Positions 9,082-19,012 of a stretch of 64,000 bases of DNA are shown in pieces. Where the stretch lies: assembly GCA_947630335.1 (NCBI GenBank), contig CANRHE010000001.1, forward strand, positions 620-64,619. Direction: 5' to 3'. The notes under the pieces are model-generated. The model made no database searches, had not been told where the DNA came from, and saw only the letters and a program-made list of their open reading frames with translations. The translations under genes and the position numbers were made by a program. How positions within the stretch are numbered: the first letter of the stretch is position 1; each line of letters begins with the position of its first letter. The DNA is from an uncultured Sphingobacterium sp. GTDB taxonomy: Bacteria > Bacteroidota > Bacteroidia > Sphingobacteriales > Sphingobacteriaceae.

Positions 9082-9825
9082 ATGTTAAAAGAGGAAAGAC
9101 AAGCGTATATTATTCATCAAATAAACTTACATAACAAAGTATTATCAACGGATTTAAGTATACAACTCAACGTATCTGAAGATACTATTCGAAGAGACCT
9201 AAACGAACTCGCAGAAAATGGAAAAGTAATCAAAGTATACGGTGGTGCATTATCAAAGTCTTTCCAATTCCCATTTCAAGAAGGAAATGTCTATGCTAAA
9301 GAAGCAAAAAAAGAAATTGCAAGTAAAGCAATATCTTTACTCCAAAATGGTATGACTGTATTAATTGGAGGCGGAACAACTATGATTGAATTAGCAAGAG
9401 TAATACCAAGTGATTTGCAATGTACGTTTTTTACCATTAGTCCTTTAGTAGCTTTAGAACTTGCTGAAAAAGAAAATATTGAAGTTAATTTATTGGGAGG
9501 TAAATTATCAAGAAATACTAATATCGTGACTGGAGCTCAAGTAATTAATGAATTGTCAGATTTAAAGGTTGACCTGTGTATATTAGGAACAAATAGTTTA
9601 TCCATTGAAGAAGGTATTACGGACTCCGACTGGGAGGTTGTACAAATAAAGCGAGCTATGATAAAATGTTCGAAGAATTTAGCAATCCTTAGCATTGCAG
9701 AGAAATTAAATTCCAATAAGAAAATGCGTGTAGCTCCTTTAAAGGAGGTTCGTTATTTAGTTACAGAATTAAACCCGAAGGACAGTATTTTGAAAAGCTT
9801 TGAAAACAACGTTAAAGTAATATAA
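9082..9825 (+). CDS. DeoR/GlpR family transcriptional regulator
   Basis: HTH VSEDTIRRDLNEL...YGGA; GGGTT sensor domain. Confidence 0.95.
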   Translation: MLKEERQAYIIHQINLHNKVLSTDLSIQLNVSEDTIRRDLNELAENGKVIKVYGGALSKSFQFPFQEGNVYAKEAKKEIASKAISLLQNGMTVLIGGGTTMIELARVIPSDLQCTFFTISPLVALELAEKENIEVNLLGGKLSRNTNIVTGAQVINELSDLKVDLCILGTNSLSIEEGITDSDWEVVQIKRAMIKCSKNLAILSIAEKLNSNKKMRVAPLKEVRYLVTELNPKDSILKSFENNVKVI

Positions 9826-9852
9826 CAAAATAAAACAAGCCATACTAAACAA

Positions 9853-11319
9853 ATGGAAGAAGAGCAAGGTGATGCATTGAAATCTAAAGCAGTTAAAGGA
9901 TTTCTAGTTGGAGGTTTTTCAAATGGTTTACAACAAATCTTAGGGGCTGTATTTGGTATATTCTTAGCCAGATTACTCAGCCCTTCCGACTATGGTATGA
10001 TTGCCATGATCACCATATTTTCTGTAATAGCATCTGCCTTTCAAGAGAGTGGCTTTGTGAATGGTTTAACCAATAAAGAAAAAGTAACACAACAGGATTA
10101 TAATGCCGTCTTTTGGTGCTCTATATTTTTAAGTAGTATCCTCTACATTATTTTGTTTATTAGTGCGCCCTATATAGCGTTATATTTTAAAACACCAGAG
10201 TTAAAAAATCTTTCCCGTTTAGCTTTTTTAAGTTTTTGGTTCGGAAGTTTTGGTATCGCTCACAATGCCTATCTCTTCCGTAACTTACTAGTTAAGAGCC
10301 GTGCTATTACTAATGTGTCAGCATTAGTAATATCTAATACTATAGGTATTATATTAGCTTATAATGGTTACGCATATTGGGGACTTGCTTTACAAACCAT
10401 CGCATATACTATCATTACTAGTTGTCTGTATTGGTGTTTTTCAGATTTTCGTCCATCATTTATAATTAATCTGCATCCGATCAAAGAGATATTTGGTTTC
10501 AGTAGTAAGATTTTTATTTCTAATACCTTTATAAATATTAATAATCATGTGTTTACTATAGTTCTAGGACGATTTTATAACCCTACTGACGTTGGGTACG
10601 TTGCTCAAGCGTCCAAATGGTCGCTTATGGGACAATCTGTACTTACAAACATGGTTTATAGCGTTACACAACCTACATTAAATCAAATAAGAGATGATCA
10701 AAATAGACAAATACGGGTCTTTCGAAAAATCCTCTCCTTTACTGCCTTTTTAGCTTTTCCTGCTTTGTTTGGGCTTGCATTGGTTTCTAAAGAATTTATT
10801 CTTATAACAATAGGCTTAGATTGGCTTCAAAGTTCCAACTACCTGCAAATACTATGTATAGGAGGTGCATTTTTAGCGATCTCCTCTGTATTATCGAATT
10901 TCATATTAAGCCAAGGTAAATCTTCCGTATATATGTGGAGTATCATTGCATTCGGAATATGTCAAACACTAGCTCTAGTACTCAGCCGCAATTACGGTAT
11001 ACAGACCATGCTACTTTCCGTATGCAGCTTACAGATCCTATGGATATTTATATGGTACACCCTCGTCAGAAAATATATTACCTATAGCTTCACCTCCTTG
11101 ATTAAGGATATCTTTATATATGCTTTGTTGGCGGCGTTATCTGCCATTGTAAGTTACTATTGCTTAAGTTTTATTTCAAATTTATACATTAAGTTAATCC
11201 TAAATATTACAAGCACAATCATTTTTTATATCTTATTGAATAGAATTTTTACCCCGACAATATTACTTGAACTTACAGCTCAGATAGGCAAGATGATAAA
11301 ATTTAAAAAGCACATATAA
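9853..11319 (+). CDS. Wzx/WzxC-type polysaccharide flippase
   Basis: LARLLSPSDYG motif; ~12-14 TM segments. Confidence 0.9.
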   Translation: MEEEQGDALKSKAVKGFLVGGFSNGLQQILGAVFGIFLARLLSPSDYGMIAMITIFSVIASAFQESGFVNGLTNKEKVTQQDYNAVFWCSIFLSSILYIILFISAPYIALYFKTPELKNLSRLAFLSFWFGSFGIAHNAYLFRNLLVKSRAITNVSALVISNTIGIILAYNGYAYWGLALQTIAYTIITSCLYWCFSDFRPSFIINLHPIKEIFGFSSKIFISNTFININNHVFTIVLGRFYNPTDVGYVAQASKWSLMGQSVLTNMVYSVTQPTLNQIRDDQNRQIRVFRKILSFTAFLAFPALFGLALVSKEFILITIGLDWLQSSNYLQILCIGGAFLAISSVLSNFILSQGKSSVYMWSIIAFGICQTLALVLSRNYGIQTMLLSVCSLQILWIFIWYTLVRKYITYSFTSLIKDIFIYALLAALSAIVSYYCLSFISNLYIKLILNITSTIIFYILLNRIFTPTILLELTAQIGKMIKFKKHI

Positions 11320-11432
11320 AACAAATACAATTACTTTCTATTTAGATTCTCAATAAAAATGGTTGTAGATTTGCTATAGATTAGAAAAAAGTATTTTAAA
11401 ATATACACTTAATAAAAAACTATCATATAGAT

Positions 11433-12335
11433 ATGCTTGCTCCTATACTCCTATTTGTCTACAATCGTCCTATACATACACGCAAGGTACTATCTGCTTT
11501 AGAAAAGGCGAAACTAGCTAACGAATCTGATTTGTTTATCTTTTCTGATGGAGCTAAAGCTGTCAACTGTATTGAGCATGTAAATCATGTACGAACAATA
11601 ATTAGAGAACCATGGAGTTTTAAAAGTATCACTATTATCGAGCGTAATACAAATATGGGACTTGCCGCTAACATCATTGAAGGCGTATCCGAAGTAATCA
11701 AAAAATATGGACGCGCCATTGTACTAGAAGATGACTTAGAAATTTCGGAATATGGGCTACAATACTTTAATGATGCCTTAAAAACTTATCAATTCAATGA
11801 TAAAGTAATGGAAATATCCGGCTATATGTATCCTGTTGAACATCCGGAAAAATTAGAAGAATCATTTTTCTTCCGGGTTGCTAATAGCTGGGGTTGGGCA
11901 ACATGGCATAGAGCTTGGCAACATTTTGAGCAAGATATTAATGTATTAACAAAAGACTTCACACCAGAGGATATTAAAAGATTTAGTATTGATCATTCAG
12001 AGAATTTTTGGCGACAAGTACAACAATATAAAGACGGCAAAATAAATTCATGGGCAATTCGCTGGTACCTCTCCGTTTTTAAAAGAAATGGATTAGTACT
12101 CTACCCTCGTGAATCAATGATTCAAAATATTGGCACAGATGGCTCCGGTACGCATTCTGATGAAGATAATGTATATAAAGTAGAATTAGCAGAACATCCT
12201 GTGAAGTATTTCCCTACCGAAATTGTAGAAAACGAAGCTGCATACGAAGCAATTCGTTATTTTTACAAACACCGCAAAGGGTCTTTAATAAATCGAGTAA
12301 TACGTTACATAAAGAAAGTTTGGAAGAAAAAATAA
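11433..12335 (+). CDS. GT-A fold glycosyltransferase (GT2-like)
   Basis: APILLFVYNRP, IVLEDD, SWGWATW, QNIGTDGSGTH. Confidence 0.88.
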   Translation: MLAPILLFVYNRPIHTRKVLSALEKAKLANESDLFIFSDGAKAVNCIEHVNHVRTIIREPWSFKSITIIERNTNMGLAANIIEGVSEVIKKYGRAIVLEDDLEISEYGLQYFNDALKTYQFNDKVMEISGYMYPVEHPEKLEESFFFRVANSWGWATWHRAWQHFEQDINVLTKDFTPEDIKRFSIDHSENFWRQVQQYKDGKINSWAIRWYLSVFKRNGLVLYPRESMIQNIGTDGSGTHSDEDNVYKVELAEHPVKYFPTEIVENEAAYEAIRYFYKHRKGSLINRVIRYIKKVWKKK

Positions 12336-12340
12336 TTAAT

Positions 12341-13093
12341 GTGCTAACACCCAAAATATCTATTATCACTATTGTTTACAATAATGTTCGAGACATTGAA
12401 TATACGATTCTATCTGTGTTAGACCAATCCTATAATAATATTGAATATATCGTAATAGATGGCAAATCTACTGATGGAACATTAGAGGTAATAAAAAAGT
12501 ACAAGAATAGAATAACCACATGTATTTCAGAACGCGATGAAGGTATTTATGATGCTATGAACAAGGGGTTGGAGCAGGCAACAGGTGACTATGTATTATT
12601 TTTGAATTCTGGTGACGCATTATATGACAAAGATACAATTGCAACTGTAGTGGAGAAAGGTAATAATGCCGATATCATCTATGGTGATACCAAACTTATT
12701 GACGAACAACATCATGTCATTGGAGATAGGCGTCATAAAGCTCCAAGTACTTTTGACTGGCAGTCTTTTCGGTTTGGCATGAATATTTGCCATCAAGCAA
12801 TATATATAAAGCGTGACATTACTTCTCCATACGATCTAAAGTATCAACTAAGTGCGGATATCGACTGGGTAATAAGAGCTGCTAAAAAAGCTAAAACAAC
12901 ACAATATATTAATACATATGTGGCACGTTATCTCGTGGGAGGTATGTCTCAGAAAAAACATAGACAAAGTCTAAAAGAGCGCTATGATATATTCAAGAAA
13001 CACTACGGAACACTAAATAATTGGATCAATCACGGGATAATTGCTTATAGATTATTCATTCATCGTATAAAATATGGAAAAACAAGAGAATAA
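12341..13093 (+). CDS. GT2 glycosyltransferase (WcaE-like)
   Basis: ISIITIVYN, IDGKSTDGT, GIYDAMNKG, FLNSGD, CHQA. GTG 12341 preferred over TTG 12320. Confidence 0.92.
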   Translation: MLTPKISIITIVYNNVRDIEYTILSVLDQSYNNIEYIVIDGKSTDGTLEVIKKYKNRITTCISERDEGIYDAMNKGLEQATGDYVLFLNSGDALYDKDTIATVVEKGNNADIIYGDTKLIDEQHHVIGDRRHKAPSTFDWQSFRFGMNICHQAIYIKRDITSPYDLKYQLSADIDWVIRAAKKAKTTQYINTYVARYLVGGMSQKKHRQSLKERYDIFKKHYGTLNNWINHGIIAYRLFIHRIKYGKTRE

Positions 13094-13332
13094 TTTATTT
13101 AATCCTAACATTCTTATAGAATTAGCTAATACAAAAATGCCCTACGGCAAATACAAAGGTATACTCCTTTGTCATCTTCCAGAACCGTATCTTGTATGGT
13201 ATCATACTAAAGGATTCCCTACCGGAAAATTAGGTATTCAGTTAGCAACACTTTATGAAATTAAATTAAATGGTCTAGAGTACTTGCTACGTCCCCTTAT
13301 TAAAAAATAAAATACAATAATGCTGATTTATT
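12919..13332 (+). repeat. Direct repeat, copy 1 (intact GT2 3' end plus DUF3820)
   Basis: 12919-12992 matches 21780-21853 and 13120-13332 matches 21871-22078. Confidence 0.95.
13074..13310 (+). CDS. DUF3820 family small protein
   Basis: MPYGKYKG..L..LPEPYLVW...KGFP.GKLG..L...YEIKLNGLE.LL.PL. Confidence 0.85.
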   Translation: MEKQENNLFNPNILIELANTKMPYGKYKGILLCHLPEPYLVWYHTKGFPTGKLGIQLATLYEIKLNGLEYLLRPLIKK

Positions 13333-14149
13333 CCTGACTTTGATACTCAAGACAAATTTTATATTAAATTGGCTTAGTAATTAACTTTTAGCTTTCAGTA
13401 AATAACATAGTTCGAGTTATTAATTTTCCGCTGCATCGTAGCTTTACTTTTATAGTTTATTATCTAAATTTGATAAGTAGTATTTAACGACCCTTTCTTA
13501 TTCTGCTATTTTAGTATGTTCTATTAACATATCAACCTGGCAATTTTGGACTTCAATCCATCGTTTCCCCTCGATTATATCAGGACTAGAGGCTACCAAT
13601 AGTTTTTAGTATTTTTACCCCCCTGAAATTTTACTAATAATTTGTATACTTAGAATCCCACTTTTAGTAGGCTTCTTTCTGCCATAGATGTAATAAATAT
13701 AGCTTAAAAATATCTTAGGACACCCAAAAATCAAAAAATAAAAATATTGACAACTAATTAACTTGAGCTTGTAAAATACCTGATATTTTTATGTCAAAGT
13801 CAGAAGAAATTTAATTGTATAAATCACATTCAAATCTTTCTAATAAAATGTTATTATAATACTTACTAGTATCATTTTTAGGTGTTAATTTTTGTCTTGA
13901 TCAATAAATTCATATCTTTAACTAAGATCAAAGCCTTTTCAGTCAGGATTTGATGACAGAACCAATATATAAACGATATAAATTAACTTCATTAAAAAAA
14001 TTGACGGAGTAAGAAATTTCTAATTGTAGAATTACGTAAAAAATAATTTCTATGAATAGTATTTTCTTAATTAATCATTTTAAAAATTGATGTTTTGTTA
14101 ATATATAATAAACTTTTAATTAAACATATCTAGCTAATTTCGCCTTGTG

Positions 14150-14674
14150 ATGAATCTAATTGAGTCTATACAAGAAGATAACAACCAAGCTTTTTCGCAG
14201 GTATATCAGAATTTTCATCGAGAAATTTACGGCTTTATACTTCAACGTACTAAATCCGAATTTATAGCAGAAGAAGTAACTCAGCTTACATTTATAAAGG
14301 TTTGGAAAAATAGAGCCAAATTAAATCCATCAATAGCAATAAATGTACAGCTATTTGGTATGGCAAGACAAGTTATGATTGATGAACTTCGTAAAGAAGC
14401 AAATCGATTCAAATACGAAGGTGAAGCAGCAGTGACGCCGTTTACCGATAACTTAATAAAGGCACTAGAAAGTAAAGATCTTATGTGCCTTATAGAAAAA
14501 GATATAGCAAATATGCCACTTGTGAGACGTCTAGTCTTCAAGCTAAGTAGAAAACAAGGTTTAACCCATAAGGAAATTGCACAGAGATTAAATATATCTA
14601 CCAAATCCGTTGAACAACATATTACCAAAGCTTTAGCACAACTCAAGCAGCATCTATACTCTATAATGTTATAG
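14150..14674 (+). CDS. ECF sigma-70 factor (FecI-like, Bacteroidota SusCD-associated)
   Basis: Region 2 AEEVTQLTFIKVW; region 4 GLTHKEIAQRLNISTKSVEQHITKA. Confidence 0.92.
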   Translation: MNLIESIQEDNNQAFSQVYQNFHREIYGFILQRTKSEFIAEEVTQLTFIKVWKNRAKLNPSIAINVQLFGMARQVMIDELRKEANRFKYEGEAAVTPFTDNLIKALESKDLMCLIEKDIANMPLVRRLVFKLSRKQGLTHKEIAQRLNISTKSVEQHITKALAQLKQHLYSIML

Positions 14675-14846
14675 CGAATACTTACTTATTCAGTTTTTAA
14701 GAATATTATTTATTATCCCTTATAAAAAATTCGGAACTCGATCTTTTATGATCTACAATTTTCCATTCTAATTACCCCTATATCCTATTTTTAGCTTCAT
14801 TTAATAAAATCTAAAAATATTATAATGTTAAAAATTAATATAGACC

Positions 14847-14873
14847 TAGGGTTGAGTCCTCGACAAACGTAAT
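14847..14873 (+). promoter_or_regulatory. Putative ECF-dependent promoter of fecR-susCD
   Basis: TAGGG-N16-CGTAAT ending 6 nt before the fecR ATG; resembles motifs before Bacteroidota anti-sigma genes (inference). Confidence 0.4.
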
Positions 14874-14879
14874 ATATTT

Positions 14880-15956
14880 ATGAAGGACAAGAAAAAGCTA
14901 ACCAATAAAGAATTAAAAAAGTCAGTTTGGCGTAATCAGGAAAAAATAGTTAACCAATTGCTGGATAGCGAGCTATGGGATAATTATAAATCTGAGGACA
15001 ATAAAGATCTACCGTCGGATAAAATATATAATACAATAAAGGCTCAAATTGTTAAAAACACTATTGAAGAATTTGACAAACGAGACAAAAAATATAAAAT
15101 CTATAACATTATCAAGTATGGAACGGCTGCTTGTCTGATGGTTTGTTTTTCTTGGGTCTTCTATCAACATCATCTTAATAAGCAGACTGAAAGAAATATT
15201 GAAGCTATCGCATTAACTAGAGCGCCCGTACTCCAAGAAGATATTTGGCTAACAGCAATCAATACAGACAAAAGAATAAAATGGATAACATTACCAGACT
15301 CATCAAAAGTCAAAATTTATCCGTACTCACAGGTTAGCTATCCAGAAAACTTCCCTGCGACTCATCGAGATATACGCTTAATTGGTAAGGCTTATTTTAA
15401 AGTAACTGAAGATTCAAATAGACCATTCAGTGTTTGGAGTGATCATACAAAAACTACAGCACTAGGTACGTCTTTCACGATTGATGCTTTTCAAAAGGAA
15501 CGTAATACCACAGTTACTTTACATAGCGGGAAAATCGTTATTACTTCTGCAAATGTAGAATCAAAATTTGATAAAATATACCTAAGTAATAGAGGTGAAA
15601 AACTCATTCTTAACAACACAAACCAGCAGTTTAGCCGTATAAATCCTTCCGCTTTAAATAAGAATAAACCTGTTGAAAAAATATCGAATGAATTTACAGC
15701 ATCAATTGTAAAAATGGATAAAATGCCTCTTCCTGAGGTTGTCAATTTATTAAGTAGTCTTTATAAAACACAAATTATTATTGAAGATAAATCACTTGAA
15801 CATATAACTTTTACCGGAACTGTAGATTCAAGTTCAGAAAATTTAGAAGATGCCTTACAGATTATCTGTTTAATTAACAACCTAGAATGGCATAAAAGTG
15901 TAAATGGGATCTATTACATCCACAATGTAAAAATACTAAAGGAAAACCAAAATTAA
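14880..15956 (+). CDS. FecR-family anti-sigma factor
   Basis: One TM; LPDSSKV, GKAYFKV, ALGTSF; C-terminal DUF4974-like domain. Confidence 0.9.
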   Translation: MKDKKKLTNKELKKSVWRNQEKIVNQLLDSELWDNYKSEDNKDLPSDKIYNTIKAQIVKNTIEEFDKRDKKYKIYNIIKYGTAACLMVCFSWVFYQHHLNKQTERNIEAIALTRAPVLQEDIWLTAINTDKRIKWITLPDSSKVKIYPYSQVSYPENFPATHRDIRLIGKAYFKVTEDSNRPFSVWSDHTKTTALGTSFTIDAFQKERNTTVTLHSGKIVITSANVESKFDKIYLSNRGEKLILNNTNQQFSRINPSALNKNKPVEKISNEFTASIVKMDKMPLPEVVNLLSSLYKTQIIIEDKSLEHITFTGTVDSSSENLEDALQIICLINNLEWHKSVNGIYYIHNVKILKENQN

Positions 15957-15966
15957 GGATATAAAC

Positions 15967-18900
15967 ATGCTTAAAAAACAATTAAACACATGGCCAAGGA
16001 TGGCACTGATCATTCTCACATTATTTGGCACACACCTTCTTTATGCACAACAAGAGCAAGTTAAAGGAGCTATTCAAGATGAAAATGGACAACTTCTTTC
16101 TGGAGTAAGTATTAAGGCATTGTATACCACTACTGGTAATACCTTCAGCACTAGTTCGTCAAATAAGGGATTATTTACATTCAGTAATTTACCTGAAGGA
16201 GGACCTTATAAATTTATTTTTAGTAGTGTAGGGTATCAAAACGATACACTGTCAGGATATACTATTAAAAATGGACAACAAATTGCGTTGAGTGTCAAAT
16301 TGAAAAAGAGTAATCAAAATATTGATGAAGTCTACATCGGGTACGGCGTGACTCACAAAAAAGATCTTACAGGATCTATCACATCGATTAAATCCGAAGA
16401 CCTAAACACTGGCGTATTCAGTAATGTCGGTCAACTTTTACAAGGAAAAGTACCCGGACTAGTAATCTCCAATAACAATAGCAATCCGAATGCGACTCCA
16501 TCTGTAACCCTACGTGGTTCATCCAGTTTACGTTCAGGTGAGGCAACCGAGCCTTATTATGTTATTGACGGTGTGCCTGGTGCATCTTTGGCTCTTGTTT
16601 CGTCACAAGATATTGAGAGCATAGATGTACTACGCGACGCTTCCGCTACAGCGATATATGGTTCCAAAGCAGCAAATGGTGTTATAATTGTAACGACTAA
16701 AAAAGGAAAAACAGGTCAATCTGCTATAAATTATGATGGCTATTTCGCTGTGGATAAGATTGCTAAACGGTTAGAAATGATGAATGCCCAACAGTATAGA
16801 TCTTATATAAACGATAACGGCTTCTCAATGGAGCCTGTTGATGATACAGGAGCCGATACGGATTGGCAAAAAGAGGTAAGTCGATTAGGGATCTCACATA
16901 ATCATAATATTTCGATTTTGGGAGGTAATGAGAAAACGAAATATAGTGCAAGCATCAATACATTTAACAACCAAGGAGTAATAAAGGGTACAGACCTGGG
17001 ACGTCAAATTGGGCGAGGGTACCTGCAATCAAAAGCCATGAATGATAAATTAGAAGTTTCATTCAATATAAATGTCAGTTTAACAAAGCAGAATAACGTA
17101 CCAGCACTAGGCCAAGGATTAAGTGTATTTGATGCTATGTATTATTATCTTCCATATTCGCCACTTAAAAATGATGACGGAACTTGGTTTGAAAATACCC
17201 CTAGATCACAATATGCTAACCCTGTTTCATTGATTGAGGAAAATATTATTTCATCAAAGACAAAGATAATTCAAGGTCATGCAAAGTTAGGTTATCAAAT
17301 TTTTGATGGTTTGAAATACAATTTAGATCTGTCTTTGCAAAATAAGCAATATAACTTCAATGAATACAACAGCTCACTATCGATGATCGCCCGTAATATG
17401 AATGGTAGAGCGACTAGAGCAGCTGTTGAAGATCAGCGTAAAGTCCTTGAAACAAACTTATCCTATGATAAAACATTTAACATACATAAAATAAGTGCAT
17501 TAATAGGGTACTCCTGGGAACAAGCAGATAACAATGATGGAATACAACTTTCTGTTTCTGACTTCTATGGCGACGATCTTACCTATTATAATCCTGGAAT
17601 GGCTAATGTAATCAACAGAAATGGATTTGGAGGCTACTACTTATCGACTTTACGTATGATTTCTTTATATTCTAGATTGAATTATATATTTGACAACAAG
17701 TATATAATTCAAGGAACATTACGCCGTGATGGCTCATCAGCATTTGGTGTAAACAATCGTTGGGGTACATTTCCTTCAATATCCGCAGCATGGAAAATTT
17801 CGGAAGAAAACTTTCTGAAAGACAACAATGTTATTAATGAATTAAAACTACGAACTGGATATGGGTCCAGCGGTAACTCCTTAGGCTTCGATGTATTTAC
17901 CGCAAGATCGGTATATGGCGCATCTGTAACAGATTTTGAAAACAGCTTGGGTCAAATAGTACGTACACTCAAAGCCCTGAGAGATTCTAATCCCAACTTA
18001 AAATGGGAACGCACGGATATGTTAAATGTGGGCGTAGACTTCTCTCTGTTGAATAATCGTATAAATGGATCTGTGGAGTGGTATGATAAGAATACCAGTG
18101 ATTTGATATATAGCTTCGCTGTATCGCCCGTCATATATCCTTCTGGATATCTAACAGCCAATATTGGAAAAATAAATAATAGGGGTATTGAATTTAGCCT
18201 TAATACAATTCCTGCTAAAACAGAATTTTTCACTTGGAATTCCGGAATTAACCTCTCTCACAACAAAAATATAGTCAAATCAATTTCCAATGAGAGATTC
18301 TCTTCGCAATTCATCGAATTAGCGTATTTGGATGGCGCTGGACATTCGAATGCCAATCAACAACGTCTAATGGAAGGATATGCTATCGGACAGTTTTATA
18401 CTTGGGAATGGGCCGGATATAATGAAGATGGTGTATCCACATTTTATGTTCGTGATGAAGATATGGGAAAGCGAACAGGAGAAACAACCACTACGCCAGA
18501 ACTTAAAGATAGAACGTTTATCGGTACAGCACTCCCTAAATTTACGTTGGGCTGGAACAATTCTTTCGCTTACAGACAATGGAGCGCAACTATGTTGTTT
18601 CAAGGAGTATTTGGTGGAAAGATTATGAATGGTACACGAGCTAGACACTCAAACATAGTTGGTAATGCAGGAAACAAAAATATCTTATCAGAGGTAACGA
18701 GTACCCAAAAGCCTACAGATATCAATGCCCATTATTTGTCGGATCGCTATTTAGAATCTGGTGATTATTTGCGCATCTCAACTCTTTCTTTGGGTTATAT
18801 AATCAAAAATATAGGATCCCATATTAAAAACATTCGTCTTGCATTAACAGTTAATAACCCTTATGTATTTACAAAGTATAAAGGATTAGATCCGGAAGTG

Positions 18901-18990
18901 AATTTGGGAGGATTAGAACCAGGTATTGATAATAGACAGACTTACCCACGCACGCGCACCTTCATGTTTGGAGCAAATATTAATTTTTAA
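15967..18990 (+). CDS. SusC/RagA TonB-dependent transporter
   Basis: DIESIDVLRDASATAIYGSKAANGVII, NPNLKWE, YPRTRTFMFGANINF. Confidence 0.96.
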   Translation: MLKKQLNTWPRMALIILTLFGTHLLYAQQEQVKGAIQDENGQLLSGVSIKALYTTTGNTFSTSSSNKGLFTFSNLPEGGPYKFIFSSVGYQNDTLSGYTIKNGQQIALSVKLKKSNQNIDEVYIGYGVTHKKDLTGSITSIKSEDLNTGVFSNVGQLLQGKVPGLVISNNNSNPNATPSVTLRGSSSLRSGEATEPYYVIDGVPGASLALVSSQDIESIDVLRDASATAIYGSKAANGVIIVTTKKGKTGQSAINYDGYFAVDKIAKRLEMMNAQQYRSYINDNGFSMEPVDDTGADTDWQKEVSRLGISHNHNISILGGNEKTKYSASINTFNNQGVIKGTDLGRQIGRGYLQSKAMNDKLEVSFNINVSLTKQNNVPALGQGLSVFDAMYYYLPYSPLKNDDGTWFENTPRSQYANPVSLIEENIISSKTKIIQGHAKLGYQIFDGLKYNLDLSLQNKQYNFNEYNSSLSMIARNMNGRATRAAVEDQRKVLETNLSYDKTFNIHKISALIGYSWEQADNNDGIQLSVSDFYGDDLTYYNPGMANVINRNGFGGYYLSTLRMISLYSRLNYIFDNKYIIQGTLRRDGSSAFGVNNRWGTFPSISAAWKISEENFLKDNNVINELKLRTGYGSSGNSLGFDVFTARSVYGASVTDFENSLGQIVRTLKALRDSNPNLKWERTDMLNVGVDFSLLNNRINGSVEWYDKNTSDLIYSFAVSPVIYPSGYLTANIGKINNRGIEFSLNTIPAKTEFFTWNSGINLSHNKNIVKSISNERFSSQFIELAYLDGAGHSNANQQRLMEGYAIGQFYTWEWAGYNEDGVSTFYVRDEDMGKRTGETTTTPELKDRTFIGTALPKFTLGWNNSFAYRQWSATMLFQGVFGGKIMNGTRARHSNIVGNAGNKNILSEVTSTQKPTDINAHYLSDRYLESGDYLRISTLSLGYIIKNIGSHIKNIRLALTVNNPYVFTKYKGLDPEVNLGGLEPGIDNRQTYPRTRTFMFGANINF

Positions 18991-19012
18991 TTTATTAATT
19001 GAATACTATAAA

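Noticed and set aside
14810-14840. dif-like site (ataatgttaaa)
   Set aside because: Lacks a proper XerD arm (TTATGTTAAA) and XerC arm; AT-rich background
18926-19012. Longer SusD N-terminus in the ORF track
   Set aside because: Overlaps susC; the lipoprotein signal starts at ATG 19013
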